Source: an uncultured delta proteobacterium
GTDB taxonomy: Bacteria; Desulfobacterota; Binatia; Binatales; Binataceae
Reading direction: 5' to 3'
NCBI GenBank assembly: GCA_963711565.1
Contig: CAVQEQ010000002.1
Coordinates: 128,001-192,000 of the forward strand
Length of the DNA: 64,000 nt
Each line of letters opens with the position of its first letter. Positions within the stretch are counted from its first letter, which is position 1. The notes under the pieces are model-generated. The model worked only from the letters and a program-made list of their open reading frames with translations, searched no databases and had not been told where the DNA came from. This document shows positions 21,937 to 30,829 of this stretch, piece after piece. Both the position numbers and the translations under genes were made by a program.

Positions 21937-22881
21937 ATGCCTGCTTCGTTTAAATCGGCGTGGCGTTGGCTGGTCGCTGCGACCGCCGCTACGATACTCT
22001 GCCTGGCGGCGCTTCCAGGTGTAGGCCGGGCCGAGAATATTGAGATCTGCATCAATAATAACAACGGCAAAATCAAAGGCATCAACCTCGGCGTCGGCGG
22101 ATGCACCGGGAATCGAACCGAACTCGACTGGGTGACGACTGGACCGGCCGGACCCACAGGCCTTCAGGGCGTAGTCGGCAATCCCGGACTTGCCGGTACG
22201 CAGGGACCCCCGGGATCGCCGGGTGCCGCGGGACCTGCGGGAGCGCAGGGAGCAGCAGGACCGGACGGCCCCCAAGGCGTCGCTGGCCCGACCGGACCGA
22301 CTGGCCCAGCGGGAACAATGGGTGAAGACGGAATCCGCGGAGTGCCCGGAATTGCTGGTGCGACCGGAGTGACCGGACCGTCCGGAACTCCAGGCATCCA
22401 GCAGCCGAATATATCGGTCTTCACCGGTGGCTCGATGGGCACTTTCGGGAGCCCCTCGGGAGGCCCCTACAACGTCGGATTGTCCGGGAACAACAGCGTC
22501 ATGGCCAACATCCTGGTACTCGGACCCGGCAACGGTTCGGATACGTCCCAGGCGACCGAAGTGCCGATGTCTGAAGGGGGGACTGCGGAACGCTTGTTCG
22601 TCGCCGTAGATAACGATCCCGGAACCCAGATGAATAACGGGATCCCGAGCACGTTCTTCTTCTTCCTGTGCGACAACAACTCCTTCCCTGCGGACTGCAA
22701 CGTTGCCTGCTTCATGTCGGGACCCGACACGACTTGCAGTGACCTGACGGATACACAGGTGTTCGCTGCGGGCGACTCTATGAGTCTATGGGCGTTTGCC
22801 AGCTACCCCGGGGCGAATCAAGCAGACGTGAAGTGGTCAGTGACTTACGACCACGGCGCACCTATCGCACCTCCAATCTGA
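21937..22881 (+). CDS. Secreted collagen-like protein C (29 Gly-X-Y triplets)
   Basis: GGAGG RBS, signal peptide ending GRA, collagen tract 22141-22401 and a paralogous C-domain. Confidence 0.9.
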   Translation: MPASFKSAWRWLVAATAATILCLAALPGVGRAENIEICINNNNGKIKGINLGVGGCTGNRTELDWVTTGPAGPTGLQGVVGNPGLAGTQGPPGSPGAAGPAGAQGAAGPDGPQGVAGPTGPTGPAGTMGEDGIRGVPGIAGATGVTGPSGTPGIQQPNISVFTGGSMGTFGSPSGGPYNVGLSGNNSVMANILVLGPGNGSDTSQATEVPMSEGGTAERLFVAVDNDPGTQMNNGIPSTFFFFLCDNNSFPADCNVACFMSGPDTTCSDLTDTQVFAAGDSMSLWAFASYPGANQADVKWSVTYDHGAPIAPPI

Positions 22882-22907
22882 GCTATGAGTGCTGAATGTT
22901 GAGACCG

Positions 22908-22941
22908 AAAACCCCCGGATTAAACTCCGGGGGTTTTTTTT
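22908..22941 (+). terminator. Rho-independent terminator closing the collagen operon
   Basis: AAAACCCCCGGA-TTAAAC-TCCGGGGGTTTT hairpin with a T8 run. Confidence 0.9.
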
Positions 22942-23109
22942 AAGGAGTTAACGAGTATTAGAGCCCCTGTACGCATTGTTTTAGTCTGTATCTGAGGTTA
23001 TTGTTCACGCGCGGGGGGAGAGCTTCTACGTGATCGACGGGGAGCGACGATCACATTGTACTGCGACATATGTGGACTCGCAGGCTTGTCGGAAAAGGAG
23101 GATTTTCCG

Positions 23110-25311
23110 GTGAAAGTGCAGCCCAGCTTGACTTTCCGTCACCAACGAATCGCCCAGGAAAACACCTGGGGACCAACCCTTGCAATCTTTGCCTCCGCGT
23201 TGCTGGCACTTGCGATGACTGGCTCGCAGAGCGCGTGGGCTTTCAACGTCAAGAACGCAAGGCTCGTCGATAAAGGATTCAAGGTTTTCACCAAAGAGAC
23301 CTTCAACGGTAACGGCCGTACCTGCTCAACCTGCCACATACCCAAGGACGACTACACAATAAGCCCTGCGGATCTTCCGACGCTGAGCGCGCATGACAGG
23401 AATCTTGTGTTTGCGACACACAATTCGCAGCTCGAAAACCAGACCCTGGTAAATCAGTTCGCTATGTTCAACATCACTAACGACACCCCTGGTGCTAGCG
23501 GAACCGGTACGACACCTACCGGTCCGTTCCGCGCCTCGATGCAGCTTAGCGGCTTGGCACTGACCACGCTGAACGACTGCCCCAACGCGACCGTGATTGC
23601 GTCGGCCACCGATACCGGCCCCACCGCCCAGATTACAACCGCTACGCCTCCCACCTTTCCGTTTGCGCTAAACGAGGAGGTGAGAGTCGAGGGGGTCAGC
23701 GTCGCCGGCTACAATGGAAGTACGTTCGAGATCTCGAGCGTGATCAGTCCCACGACATTCCAGTACACGACGTTGACTGGCGCCGCGATCACCGGACTCC
23801 CCTCAGTAGGGCCCGGCGGCGGCGTCAGCGGGCTGCCCACTCCACCAATTACTACGACGGGGTCGGGAGCGTGTTCGACTGCACCTAATTTCGTCACGAC
23901 GCCGACCACCACGGGCACCCGGTTCATAGAGCTCGGCTGGGCGGGAGATGGCGCACCCCTGGATCCCACGCTCTTCGAAGTAGGCAAGCCTCGCGATTAC
24001 GCGGATTGCGTCGCCGCCGTCAATAACGCTGACGCCAACCAGAACGTTCTCAGCCCGGTGTTGAATGCGTTCTCGACCGGCGCCGTCAGACACCATTTTG
24101 CGCGCACCAATGCTCGCGTGCCCGGAAAGGATTTCCGTTGCCCAACTCCCGCTGAGCAGAATGCGCTCACCGCGTTTCAGGAGTACCTCGGGCGCCAATT
24201 CCCCTCTGGCACACCTCTCGAACTCGCCCTGGAAGCAGGGACAACGTTCCCCGGGACACAAGTCAGCTCTGTGCAACCCGTGGTCACTTTCAATGACTCC
24301 ACGGCGGAGACGGGCAAGGCCATCTTCCTGAATCCGAGCGCGTCCTGCAATTTCTGCCACTTCAATGCGGGCGCAAGCATGAGTACAACCCAGGTAAAAA
24401 CGGAGCCGTTGGGAGATCCACCGCTGCCGTTCCCCGGCCGCAACGAGAACAACTCGCAACTCGTGAACATCCTGACCAACACCAGCTTTATTATTCCGTC
24501 AAGCGGACAGACGGTTACCGGCGGACTTGATGGCTTGACGCCGGTGACAGTCGGCACGGACCCCGGCGACGGAAATCCCTTCAGCGACAAGCACGGTGGG
24601 TTCATCCCGGTATTCAACGTCCAATCAATCATAGAAGCGCCGCGAAAAAAGAGCTTTTTCCACAACGGCGCTTTCAATACCAGCGTGGAGGACGCGGCGT
24701 CGTTCTACTTTGGCAACCCCACGGTTCAAACTTCGGGTAGCACGCTCATCACGCCCGGTTTCGACCTCGCCAACGGCAACTTCGCGATTGGCACTAACCA
24801 GGATGGCTCGCCGGTGACCCTCGCGCCCGGATTGCCGAATCCCCTGCCAAGAGCATCGGGACAACAAACCGGCACTCAGGCTCTTGTGGCTCTTGCGGGC
24901 ACCTACTTTCCTGGCGATTCGGTGTCAGGCAACGTGCTGACTTCGCCGGGCGGGCAGGACGTGCTCAACACGCTTGGCTTCTTCCTGAGGGCGCTAAACG
25001 TGGTTTACAGCATCGCCGATTGCGAGCGGCTGGTGGACGATACGGTCAGCCGTCTCGATGCGGGTTTGCCGACTGAGGTGCCGATCCTCAACTGTACCAC
25101 GGACTTGGGCGATGTAGACCGTGTAATTGCGGGCGCGCGCGTGACCGTGCCGGACAACTACGTCACCGTCCAGATGCAGGCTCAGAGCCTTCAGGGCGAG
25201 TTGAAGAAGTACGCGAACCAGCACAATCGCGCGAAGCTCATAGGAGTTATTAATCAGCTACAAGCCATGAGAAGCTCGATTGCATCGATCTCACCCGACC
25301 TGTCGGAGTGA
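23110..25311 (+). CDS. Secreted dihaem cytochrome c, bCcP/MauG superfamily
   Basis: AGGAGG RBS then GTG; signal peptide ending AWA; GNGRTCSTCH (CxxCH at 23323-23337), LGWAGDG, GKAIF...CNFCH (24346-24360) and FFHNG...FY. Confidence 0.8.
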   Translation: MKVQPSLTFRHQRIAQENTWGPTLAIFASALLALAMTGSQSAWAFNVKNARLVDKGFKVFTKETFNGNGRTCSTCHIPKDDYTISPADLPTLSAHDRNLVFATHNSQLENQTLVNQFAMFNITNDTPGASGTGTTPTGPFRASMQLSGLALTTLNDCPNATVIASATDTGPTAQITTATPPTFPFALNEEVRVEGVSVAGYNGSTFEISSVISPTTFQYTTLTGAAITGLPSVGPGGGVSGLPTPPITTTGSGACSTAPNFVTTPTTTGTRFIELGWAGDGAPLDPTLFEVGKPRDYADCVAAVNNADANQNVLSPVLNAFSTGAVRHHFARTNARVPGKDFRCPTPAEQNALTAFQEYLGRQFPSGTPLELALEAGTTFPGTQVSSVQPVVTFNDSTAETGKAIFLNPSASCNFCHFNAGASMSTTQVKTEPLGDPPLPFPGRNENNSQLVNILTNTSFIIPSSGQTVTGGLDGLTPVTVGTDPGDGNPFSDKHGGFIPVFNVQSIIEAPRKKSFFHNGAFNTSVEDAASFYFGNPTVQTSGSTLITPGFDLANGNFAIGTNQDGSPVTLAPGLPNPLPRASGQQTGTQALVALAGTYFPGDSVSGNVLTSPGGQDVLNTLGFFLRALNVVYSIADCERLVDDTVSRLDAGLPTEVPILNCTTDLGDVDRVIAGARVTVPDNYVTVQMQAQSLQGELKKYANQHNRAKLIGVINQLQAMRSSIASISPDLSE

Positions 25312-25328
25312 CGCGGACCTGTGTGGCT

Positions 25329-25362
25329 GGAACCCCCCGGTAGCTCCGGGGGGTTCCTTTTT
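25329..25362. terminator. Rho-independent terminator between convergent genes
   Basis: Perfect 12-bp stem GGAACCCCCCGG-TAGCT-CCGGGGGGTTCC followed by T5. Confidence 0.88.
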
Positions 25363-25373
25363 CCGGCGCGAAG

Positions 25374-26382
25374 CTACTTCAGACGCGGCAGCACTTCGGC
25401 GCCAAATCGGTCCAACGAACGCCGCGCCTTGGCGGGATCGAGACCCGGCAATTGCGTGACTACGATCAGCTCGGTCATCGGAGTTGATTCCAGTATCTCT
25501 TCGAGGCGTGCGGCGACGTCGGAGGCCGTGCCCAGCACGCTGGTGCGTCGCAAGCGCTCGGGGTCGGGACGAATCAGCACCTTGCTCTGATCGGTCGTGC
25601 CGGCTGCGGCCGAGAGCCATTTACCGTACAGCTCGGCCTGGTACATGAGCGCGTCGCGCGTGTCGCGCCACGCATCCTCCTCGCTGTCGGCGACGTAAAC
25701 CACGCGGCTATTGACGATGCTGTATCGCGCGGCGTCCTTGCCTGCCGCCTTCAACGCATCGAGATAGATTCCGATTTCCCGGCGTCCCCCGACGCATGCG
25801 AATCCCATATCGAGCTGGGCGGCGCGCCGAATCGATTTCGCGGCGCCGGCGCCACAGCAATTCGGGATGCGGCCGGCTCATCGGGCGCGGCAGTACGCGC
25901 ACGTCGCGGAACTTGAAATACTTGCCGTCGAAGCTGAACCGTTCGCCGGTCCACGCCAGCTTGAGAATCTCGATAGTCTCGAGCGTGCGGCCGAGTCGCT
26001 GTGGGCGCGGCACGCCGAAGCCTTCGAACTCCTCGGCACGATAGCCCAGCCCAATCCCGAGCCGCAGCCTGCCGCCCGAGACCACATCGACGAACGCGGC
26101 GTCCTCGGCCAGCTTCAGCGGATGAAAGAACGGCGCCAGTAGGACGTAGGTGCCGATAGTGACGCGCGTCGTGCGCGCCGCGATAGCAGCAGCCGCGGGC
26201 ATCAGCGCGGGCAGGTAGCCGTCGTCGGTGAAATGATGCTCGGTGAGCCAGATGGAATCGAAGCCAAGCCGCTCAGCCGCCTCAACCTGCGCGAGCGATT
26301 CGCGATAGAGCTCTTGAAACGAAATCTTCGAGCCGGGCGGATTTCGGAAATCGAGCTGATAACCGACCTTGACCTTGCGCAC
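25374..26382 (-). pseudogene. LLM-class flavin-dependent oxidoreductase, frameshifted near 25852 (pseudogene or sequencing error)
   Basis: GFDSIWLTEHHF, HPLKLAEDAAFVDVVSGGRLRLGIGLGYR; the sequence continues in another frame as GAGAAKSIRRAAQLDMGF...FGAEVLPRLK. Confidence 0.8.
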
Positions 26383-26399
26383 GACTCACCTCGCAGGTA

Positions 26400-27179
26400 T
26401 CAGCGCGCGGCGAGGCCGCCGTCGACGATCAATTCGGTGCCGGTGATGTAGGACGCATGGTCGGACAGCAGGAAGACGATCGCGTTTGCGATTTCCCACG
26501 GCGTGCCTTGCCGGCGCATCGGGATTCGGGGGGCGACGGTGCTCTCGCGGTCGCCGACGAGTCGCCGCACCATCGAGGAGTCGATCAACCCCGGCAGAAT
26601 CGTGTTGACGCGGATATTGTCGCGCGCGTGCGAGACCGCGGCCGAGCGCGAGAGCCCCAGCAGCGCGGCCTTGGTCGCCTCGTACGAGATCTGCGAGTTG
26701 CTGCGGAGCGCGGCCAGCGACGAGACATTGACGATCGCGCCACCGCCGGCTTTCGCGATCTCCGGCACCGCGTAGCGCATCATCAGGAAATGGCTGCGGA
26801 GGTTCACAGCGAGCATCTTGTCGAACTGTTCGGTGGTGGTCTTCAACAAATTGCCGCCGATGGCGATGCCGACGTTGTTCACGAGCAGATGGAGCGCGGA
26901 GAACGTGCGCGTGGTGGCTTCAACCGCCCCTCGGCATTGATCTTCGACGCTCACGTCCGCGCCGACCGCGTCGGCGCGGCCGCCTTCGTCGCGAATCGCG
27001 GCGGCGGTCTGCTGCGCGAACTCAAGCGAGCGATCGGCGACCATCACGGATGCGCCTTCGCGCGCGCACATTATCGCGGTCGCGCGGCCGTTGCCAATCG
27101 AGAGCTTGTCGCCGGCTTTCGCCGGTCCGTCCGCGCCGCCGCCGACGATCAACGCAACTTTGTCCGTCAGCCGAGCCAT
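26400..27179 (-). CDS. Classical SDR oxidoreductase
   Basis: LVNNVG, YEATK catalytic motif and ITGTELIVDGG. Confidence 0.9.
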   Translation of the reverse strand: MARLTDKVALIVGGGADGPAKAGDKLSIGNGRATAIMCAREGASVMVADRSLEFAQQTAAAIRDEGGRADAVGADVSVEDQCRGAVEATTRTFSALHLLVNNVGIAIGGNLLKTTTEQFDKMLAVNLRSHFLMMRYAVPEIAKAGGGAIVNVSSLAALRSNSQISYEATKAALLGLSRSAAVSHARDNIRVNTILPGLIDSSMVRRLVGDRESTVAPRIPMRRQGTPWEIANAIVFLLSDHASYITGTELIVDGGLAAR

Positions 27180-27197
27180 GATTATCCCTCCTCTGCT

Positions 27198-28184
27198 TTA
27201 GTCCGCGGCGGGTCGCGCGGTTGGAAACCGCCGCACGTATTGCAGGAAACGCGCGAGCGCGCGGTCGGCGTCTATCAGCAGGCCGTCGTGAAAGCGGATG
27301 GTCTTCATGATGGGCTCGTCTTCCTCGATCAAGCGGCGGAAGAATGCCTCGCCTATTTGAAGGCGCTGCTCACGCTCGGCGTCGCTGCCCTCGGACTTCG
27401 GCGTCGCCGTGACGGACCATCCGTGCGTGCGGCCGTCGGGCGTCGGCGTCCCGGTCGCCATCGAGAGAATCGCCATCCCGTTGAGCCGTCCCGCGAGCGC
27501 GATCGTGTTGGTGCCGGTCACTCGGATGCGCTGATCGAAGACGCCGAGGTTGGGATCCTCGAAGCGCACGTCGTACTGGATGCGGTAGTCGCCGACCTCG
27601 ATGGCGTCGGGATCGCATTCGATCTTGAGACCGTGCAGAACGCGCAGGTGCTGGAAGTCCATCGAGTTGGTGAACGGCACCCACGGCTCGACCGGCAGAT
27701 CGAAAGCCTCGGCGGTGCGAACGTCGAGGTCGGACTCGGCGTAGTCAACGAATTCGGGCACGTCGAACAGTGGCGCGGTTCCGTTGAATGCCCAGATCAA
27801 TCCCCACTTTTCGACAGTGGGGTATTTGAACACTCTTGCCGCCTTCGGAATTTTTTCGGACGCGGGAATTTTGGTGCATCCGCCGTCGGGCCCGTATTGC
27901 CAATGATGGAACGCGCAGCGGATGTCGTTGCCGACGACTTTGCCCATTCCGAGGTCGGCGCCGAGATGGCGGCAGTACGCGTTCATCACGACGGCCTCGC
28001 CGTTCTCGCCGCGATACGCGATCGCGCGACCGTCCAGAAAGTCGCGGCCGATCACCTGGCCGACGCCGACTTCGTCGGAGCGCGCAATCGCGTACCAAGA
28101 CTGATGGAATCCGGCGGGCTTCTTGGCGCGAGTCTTCGAGGCGCGGGCGCCGTGTGCGCGGGGAATTGCCGTCGTCGATGCCAT
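27198..28184 (-). CDS. Rieske non-haem iron oxygenase (KshA/VanA/Neverland-like alpha subunit)
   Basis: CRHLG...CAFHHW Rieske ligands and the NSMDFQHLRVLH mononuclear iron motif. Confidence 0.88.
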   Translation of the reverse strand: MASTTAIPRAHGARASKTRAKKPAGFHQSWYAIARSDEVGVGQVIGRDFLDGRAIAYRGENGEAVVMNAYCRHLGADLGMGKVVGNDIRCAFHHWQYGPDGGCTKIPASEKIPKAARVFKYPTVEKWGLIWAFNGTAPLFDVPEFVDYAESDLDVRTAEAFDLPVEPWVPFTNSMDFQHLRVLHGLKIECDPDAIEVGDYRIQYDVRFEDPNLGVFDQRIRVTGTNTIALAGRLNGMAILSMATGTPTPDGRTHGWSVTATPKSEGSDAEREQRLQIGEAFFRRLIEEDEPIMKTIRFHDGLLIDADRALARFLQYVRRFPTARPAAD

Positions 28185-28186
28185 CG

Positions 28187-29062
28187 TTATTCCTCAGGCG
28201 GCCGCGGCCGCGGATTTGTGTCGAACTTGGGTAGCTGGACAAAGAACAGCAGGCAGTCTTCCATGACCTCCAGCTCGCGGCCCGTGTCGGCGGGATCGAC
28301 GCGGAAGGCCGAGTGAGTGTCGAGCACCTCGCCGGAGGTGACGTCGCGGATTGCGCCGCTCTCGACAAACAGGAGCTCGGGCGCGCGATGCCGATCGACT
28401 TTGTGGCGCGAGCCGCGCGCGGCGCGAATCTCGCCGATGTTCAGAGCGCGCTCGCCGAACGTCGCCATGTGCTTCAACTCGAAGCCGGGGTCGCGCGTCG
28501 CCAGCCATCCGAAGCCGTCGGGATATATGATGATGGGTTCCTCGTAACGCGGCGGCGGATACTCGACGGCGCGCCCGTTGACGTGCTCCCATATCGCCTC
28601 GTAGCCGTCCTTGCGAGTGACGCGGCCGTCGGGAGTCGAGCGCGTGAAGACTCCGGCGTCAAATTTCCCGAGGTCGGACAATTTTTCGTAGCCGCGGTTC
28701 AACTGCTGATAGCTCATGAAGCCGTAGCCGGCCGAGCCGCCCATCTGGAGCAGCAGCACGATCGATTTGCTGGTGTCGGACTGCGGGCCGTAGAAGGTGC
28801 CCTCGGGAAAATAGCCAACCGTGCCGGCCTTCAGATCCTTGCCGGGTGCGTAGTTCATCGCGCCTTCGAGGCATAGCCGGACCTGGTCGAAGTTGTGGCG
28901 ATGGCGCGGCGTGAAATAGTCGCCGGCCGTTCGCACAATACTCAGTTCGAAATTGTCGGGTGAGCCGGGCGCACCTTGCAGCAGGCGCTTGAAGTCGATC
29001 CCGCCCGAGCGATGCCCCGAAACTTCGCCCCATTCAACGTCGGCAGCGTGTACCGTTTGCAT
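28187..29062 (-). CDS. Cupin-like protein
   Basis: TPRHRHNFDQVR and YFPEGTFYGPQ cupin-like motifs. Confidence 0.6.
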   Translation of the reverse strand: MQTVHAADVEWGEVSGHRSGGIDFKRLLQGAPGSPDNFELSIVRTAGDYFTPRHRHNFDQVRLCLEGAMNYAPGKDLKAGTVGYFPEGTFYGPQSDTSKSIVLLLQMGGSAGYGFMSYQQLNRGYEKLSDLGKFDAGVFTRSTPDGRVTRKDGYEAIWEHVNGRAVEYPPPRYEEPIIIYPDGFGWLATRDPGFELKHMATFGERALNIGEIRAARGSRHKVDRHRAPELLFVESGAIRDVTSGEVLDTHSAFRVDPADTGRELEVMEDCLLFFVQLPKFDTNPRPRPPEE

Positions 29063-29113
29063 AGCTGTGGGGTAGCGCGGGCGTGTGCGCGCGTCAAGGA
29101 TTCACGATGCGCC

Positions 29114-29689
29114 CTATGCGGGGTGGTGCTCCCTCAGAATAGCACCGCAGGCTGAGATAGCCTCGAGCACGCCGTCGGCAACGCGTCCTGCTTTCACAGT
29201 AGCCAGGAACCTGTTAACGATTTTGTTCCACGCTCCGTCCGGCGCGAGGGCGTGAGTCTGGTGATCGGCGATGATCTCCACGTAGCGCTCGCCGAGCGAC
29301 ACGAACAGGAGGATCCGATGCGGCTGATTTGGGTTTGCGAGCGCATGCGCGTTGAATTCGCGATGCGCGAGTTGTTGAGAGCGAGCGTGCTGGACCTGCT
29401 TCGGAACGAGCCAGAGCCGGATTGGAAGCCAGTCGAAGAAGAGAGTCAGCACAATCAAGGACCACAGTTGGACAGCGATCACGGTGCGGCTCGAGAGATC
29501 GGGCCGCAGCAGACTTACGAGCGCGCCTAGCAGAATCGCGACGATAGCAGCGCATGCGATTGGATACAGCGCATAGCGATCGCTGACGCGCGTCACAACG
29601 ACGCAAAGGTCGGCAGAGGTATCGCGCTCGATCGCGGCCATCGCGGCGTCGATGCGCTCGTGCTCTTCGGGTGTGAATGGATCTACCAT
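29114..29689 (-). CDS. TPM-domain membrane protein (LemA operon)
   Basis: ERDTSADLCVVV, two TM segments and ILLFVSLGERYVEIIAD. Confidence 0.85.
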   Translation of the reverse strand: MVDPFTPEEHERIDAAMAAIERDTSADLCVVVTRVSDRYALYPIACAAIVAILLGALVSLLRPDLSSRTVIAVQLWSLIVLTLFFDWLPIRLWLVPKQVQHARSQQLAHREFNAHALANPNQPHRILLFVSLGERYVEIIADHQTHALAPDGAWNKIVNRFLATVKAGRVADGVLEAISACGAILREHHPA

Positions 29690-29691
29690 AG

Positions 29692-30522
29692 TCACCAACT
29701 TCCGGATGCGCCGCCGCCGCCGAAGGATCCGCCTCCGCCGGAGAAGCCGCCGCCACCGCCACCGCCACCATAGAATCCGCCGCCACCCCAGCCTCCCGGG
29801 CCTTGGCCCGATACTCCGGGTCCCCAATAAGCGCCGTCGTAGTCTGGTGAATATGCGGCTCGAGGTGGACGCGGGACACTCGACTGAGCTACCGCGATGA
29901 TTATCTGAATCAGAAGCATAACCAGGAAGGGGAGGAACACCACCAGACTGCTCGTATGCGCCCTCACGTTCGCGGGAGCTGGTTCGCCGCCCAACACCGC
30001 GAGTATCGATCGGGTGCCGGCTATGACGCCGGCGTTGAAGTCTCCGCGCTTGAAGCTGGGCAGAATATAGTTCTGGATTATCGTGCTGCAGATGGCGTCG
30101 GTAAGCGTTCCTTCGAGGCCGTAGCCTACCTCGATACGAACTTTGTGCTCGCTGGGCGCAACGATAAGTATCGCGCCGGTGTTCTTGCCTTTCTGCCCGA
30201 TGCCCCAGTAGCGGCCGAGCTGATAGCCGTAGTCCTCGATCGTATATCCTTGCAGCGACGGCAAGGTCACTACGACGACTTGCTCGCCAGTTGCGCGCTC
30301 GTGCGCCGCCAGCATGTCGGTGAGCCGGCTTTGGGTCGAAGCATTCAGAATGCCGGCGTCGTCAACGACGCGGCCGGTGAGCGGCGGAAAGTTCGGCTCC
30401 GCGGCGAGTGTCGGCGATGCGAAAATCAGCAGAAGGAAAACCAGCGCGGCGAATCCAGCTCGAAATTTGTAGCGCGATTGCGTCGCGCGGCGCGCCTCTG
30501 GAATTTCGGAGATTTGGTTCAT
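29692..30522 (-). CDS. TPM-domain (YgcG/DUF477) protein with Gly-rich tail
   Basis: FPPLTGRVVDDAG, WGIGQKG, RIEVGYGLEG and GGGGSFGGGGASGSW; start uncertain. Confidence 0.88.
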   Translation of the reverse strand: MNQISEIPEARRATQSRYKFRAGFAALVFLLLIFASPTLAAEPNFPPLTGRVVDDAGILNASTQSRLTDMLAAHERATGEQVVVVTLPSLQGYTIEDYGYQLGRYWGIGQKGKNTGAILIVAPSEHKVRIEVGYGLEGTLTDAICSTIIQNYILPSFKRGDFNAGVIAGTRSILAVLGGEPAPANVRAHTSSLVVFLPFLVMLLIQIIIAVAQSSVPRPPRAAYSPDYDGAYWGPGVSGQGPGGWGGGGFYGGGGGGGGFSGGGGSFGGGGASGSW

Positions 30523-30630
30523 CACCCGCCGCTGGAAGCGGCGACCGCTCCCCTCGTGGGGACAAGGGAAGATGAACTCACGGGTGGATGGGATTTTTGC
30601 AGTCACCAGCTTCCTGATGCGCTTCCGTCT

Positions 30631-30791
30631 TTAGCAGTCTGTTGAAAAAGTAATTTTCGACGCCTGCTCCCCCTCTCTTGTCTCCCCCAAAGGGGGAGAA
30701 GTTGTAGGTAAGAAGACAGCTTCTATGCAGAGTGTTGAAGCGCTTGAAATCAAATCCACGAGTTGCATCTAGTTCTTCAACACCCTGCTAA
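30631..30791. mobile_element. MITE-like element with terminal inverted repeats
   Basis: Left end TAGCAGTCTGTTGAAAAA (30632-30649) versus reverse complement of right end TAGCAGGGTGTTGAAGAA (30773-30790), 15/18 match; no ORF inside. Confidence 0.65.
30670..30700. repeat. REP-like palindrome CCCCCTCTCTTGTCTCCCCCAAAGGGGGAGA
   Basis: TCTCCCCC-AAA-GGGGGAGA hairpin preceded by a pyrimidine tract; same pattern as the repeat at 32539. Confidence 0.6.
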
Positions 30792-30829
30792 GGGCTTCGC
30801 CCCAAGCCCTACAAAATCAAATAGACAAA

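Noticed and set aside
19979-22401. Repetitive GGNCCN DNA as a CRISPR array or satellite
   Set aside because: The 9-bp periodicity is fully explained by Gly-X-Y codons; no repeat-spacer structure or cas genes
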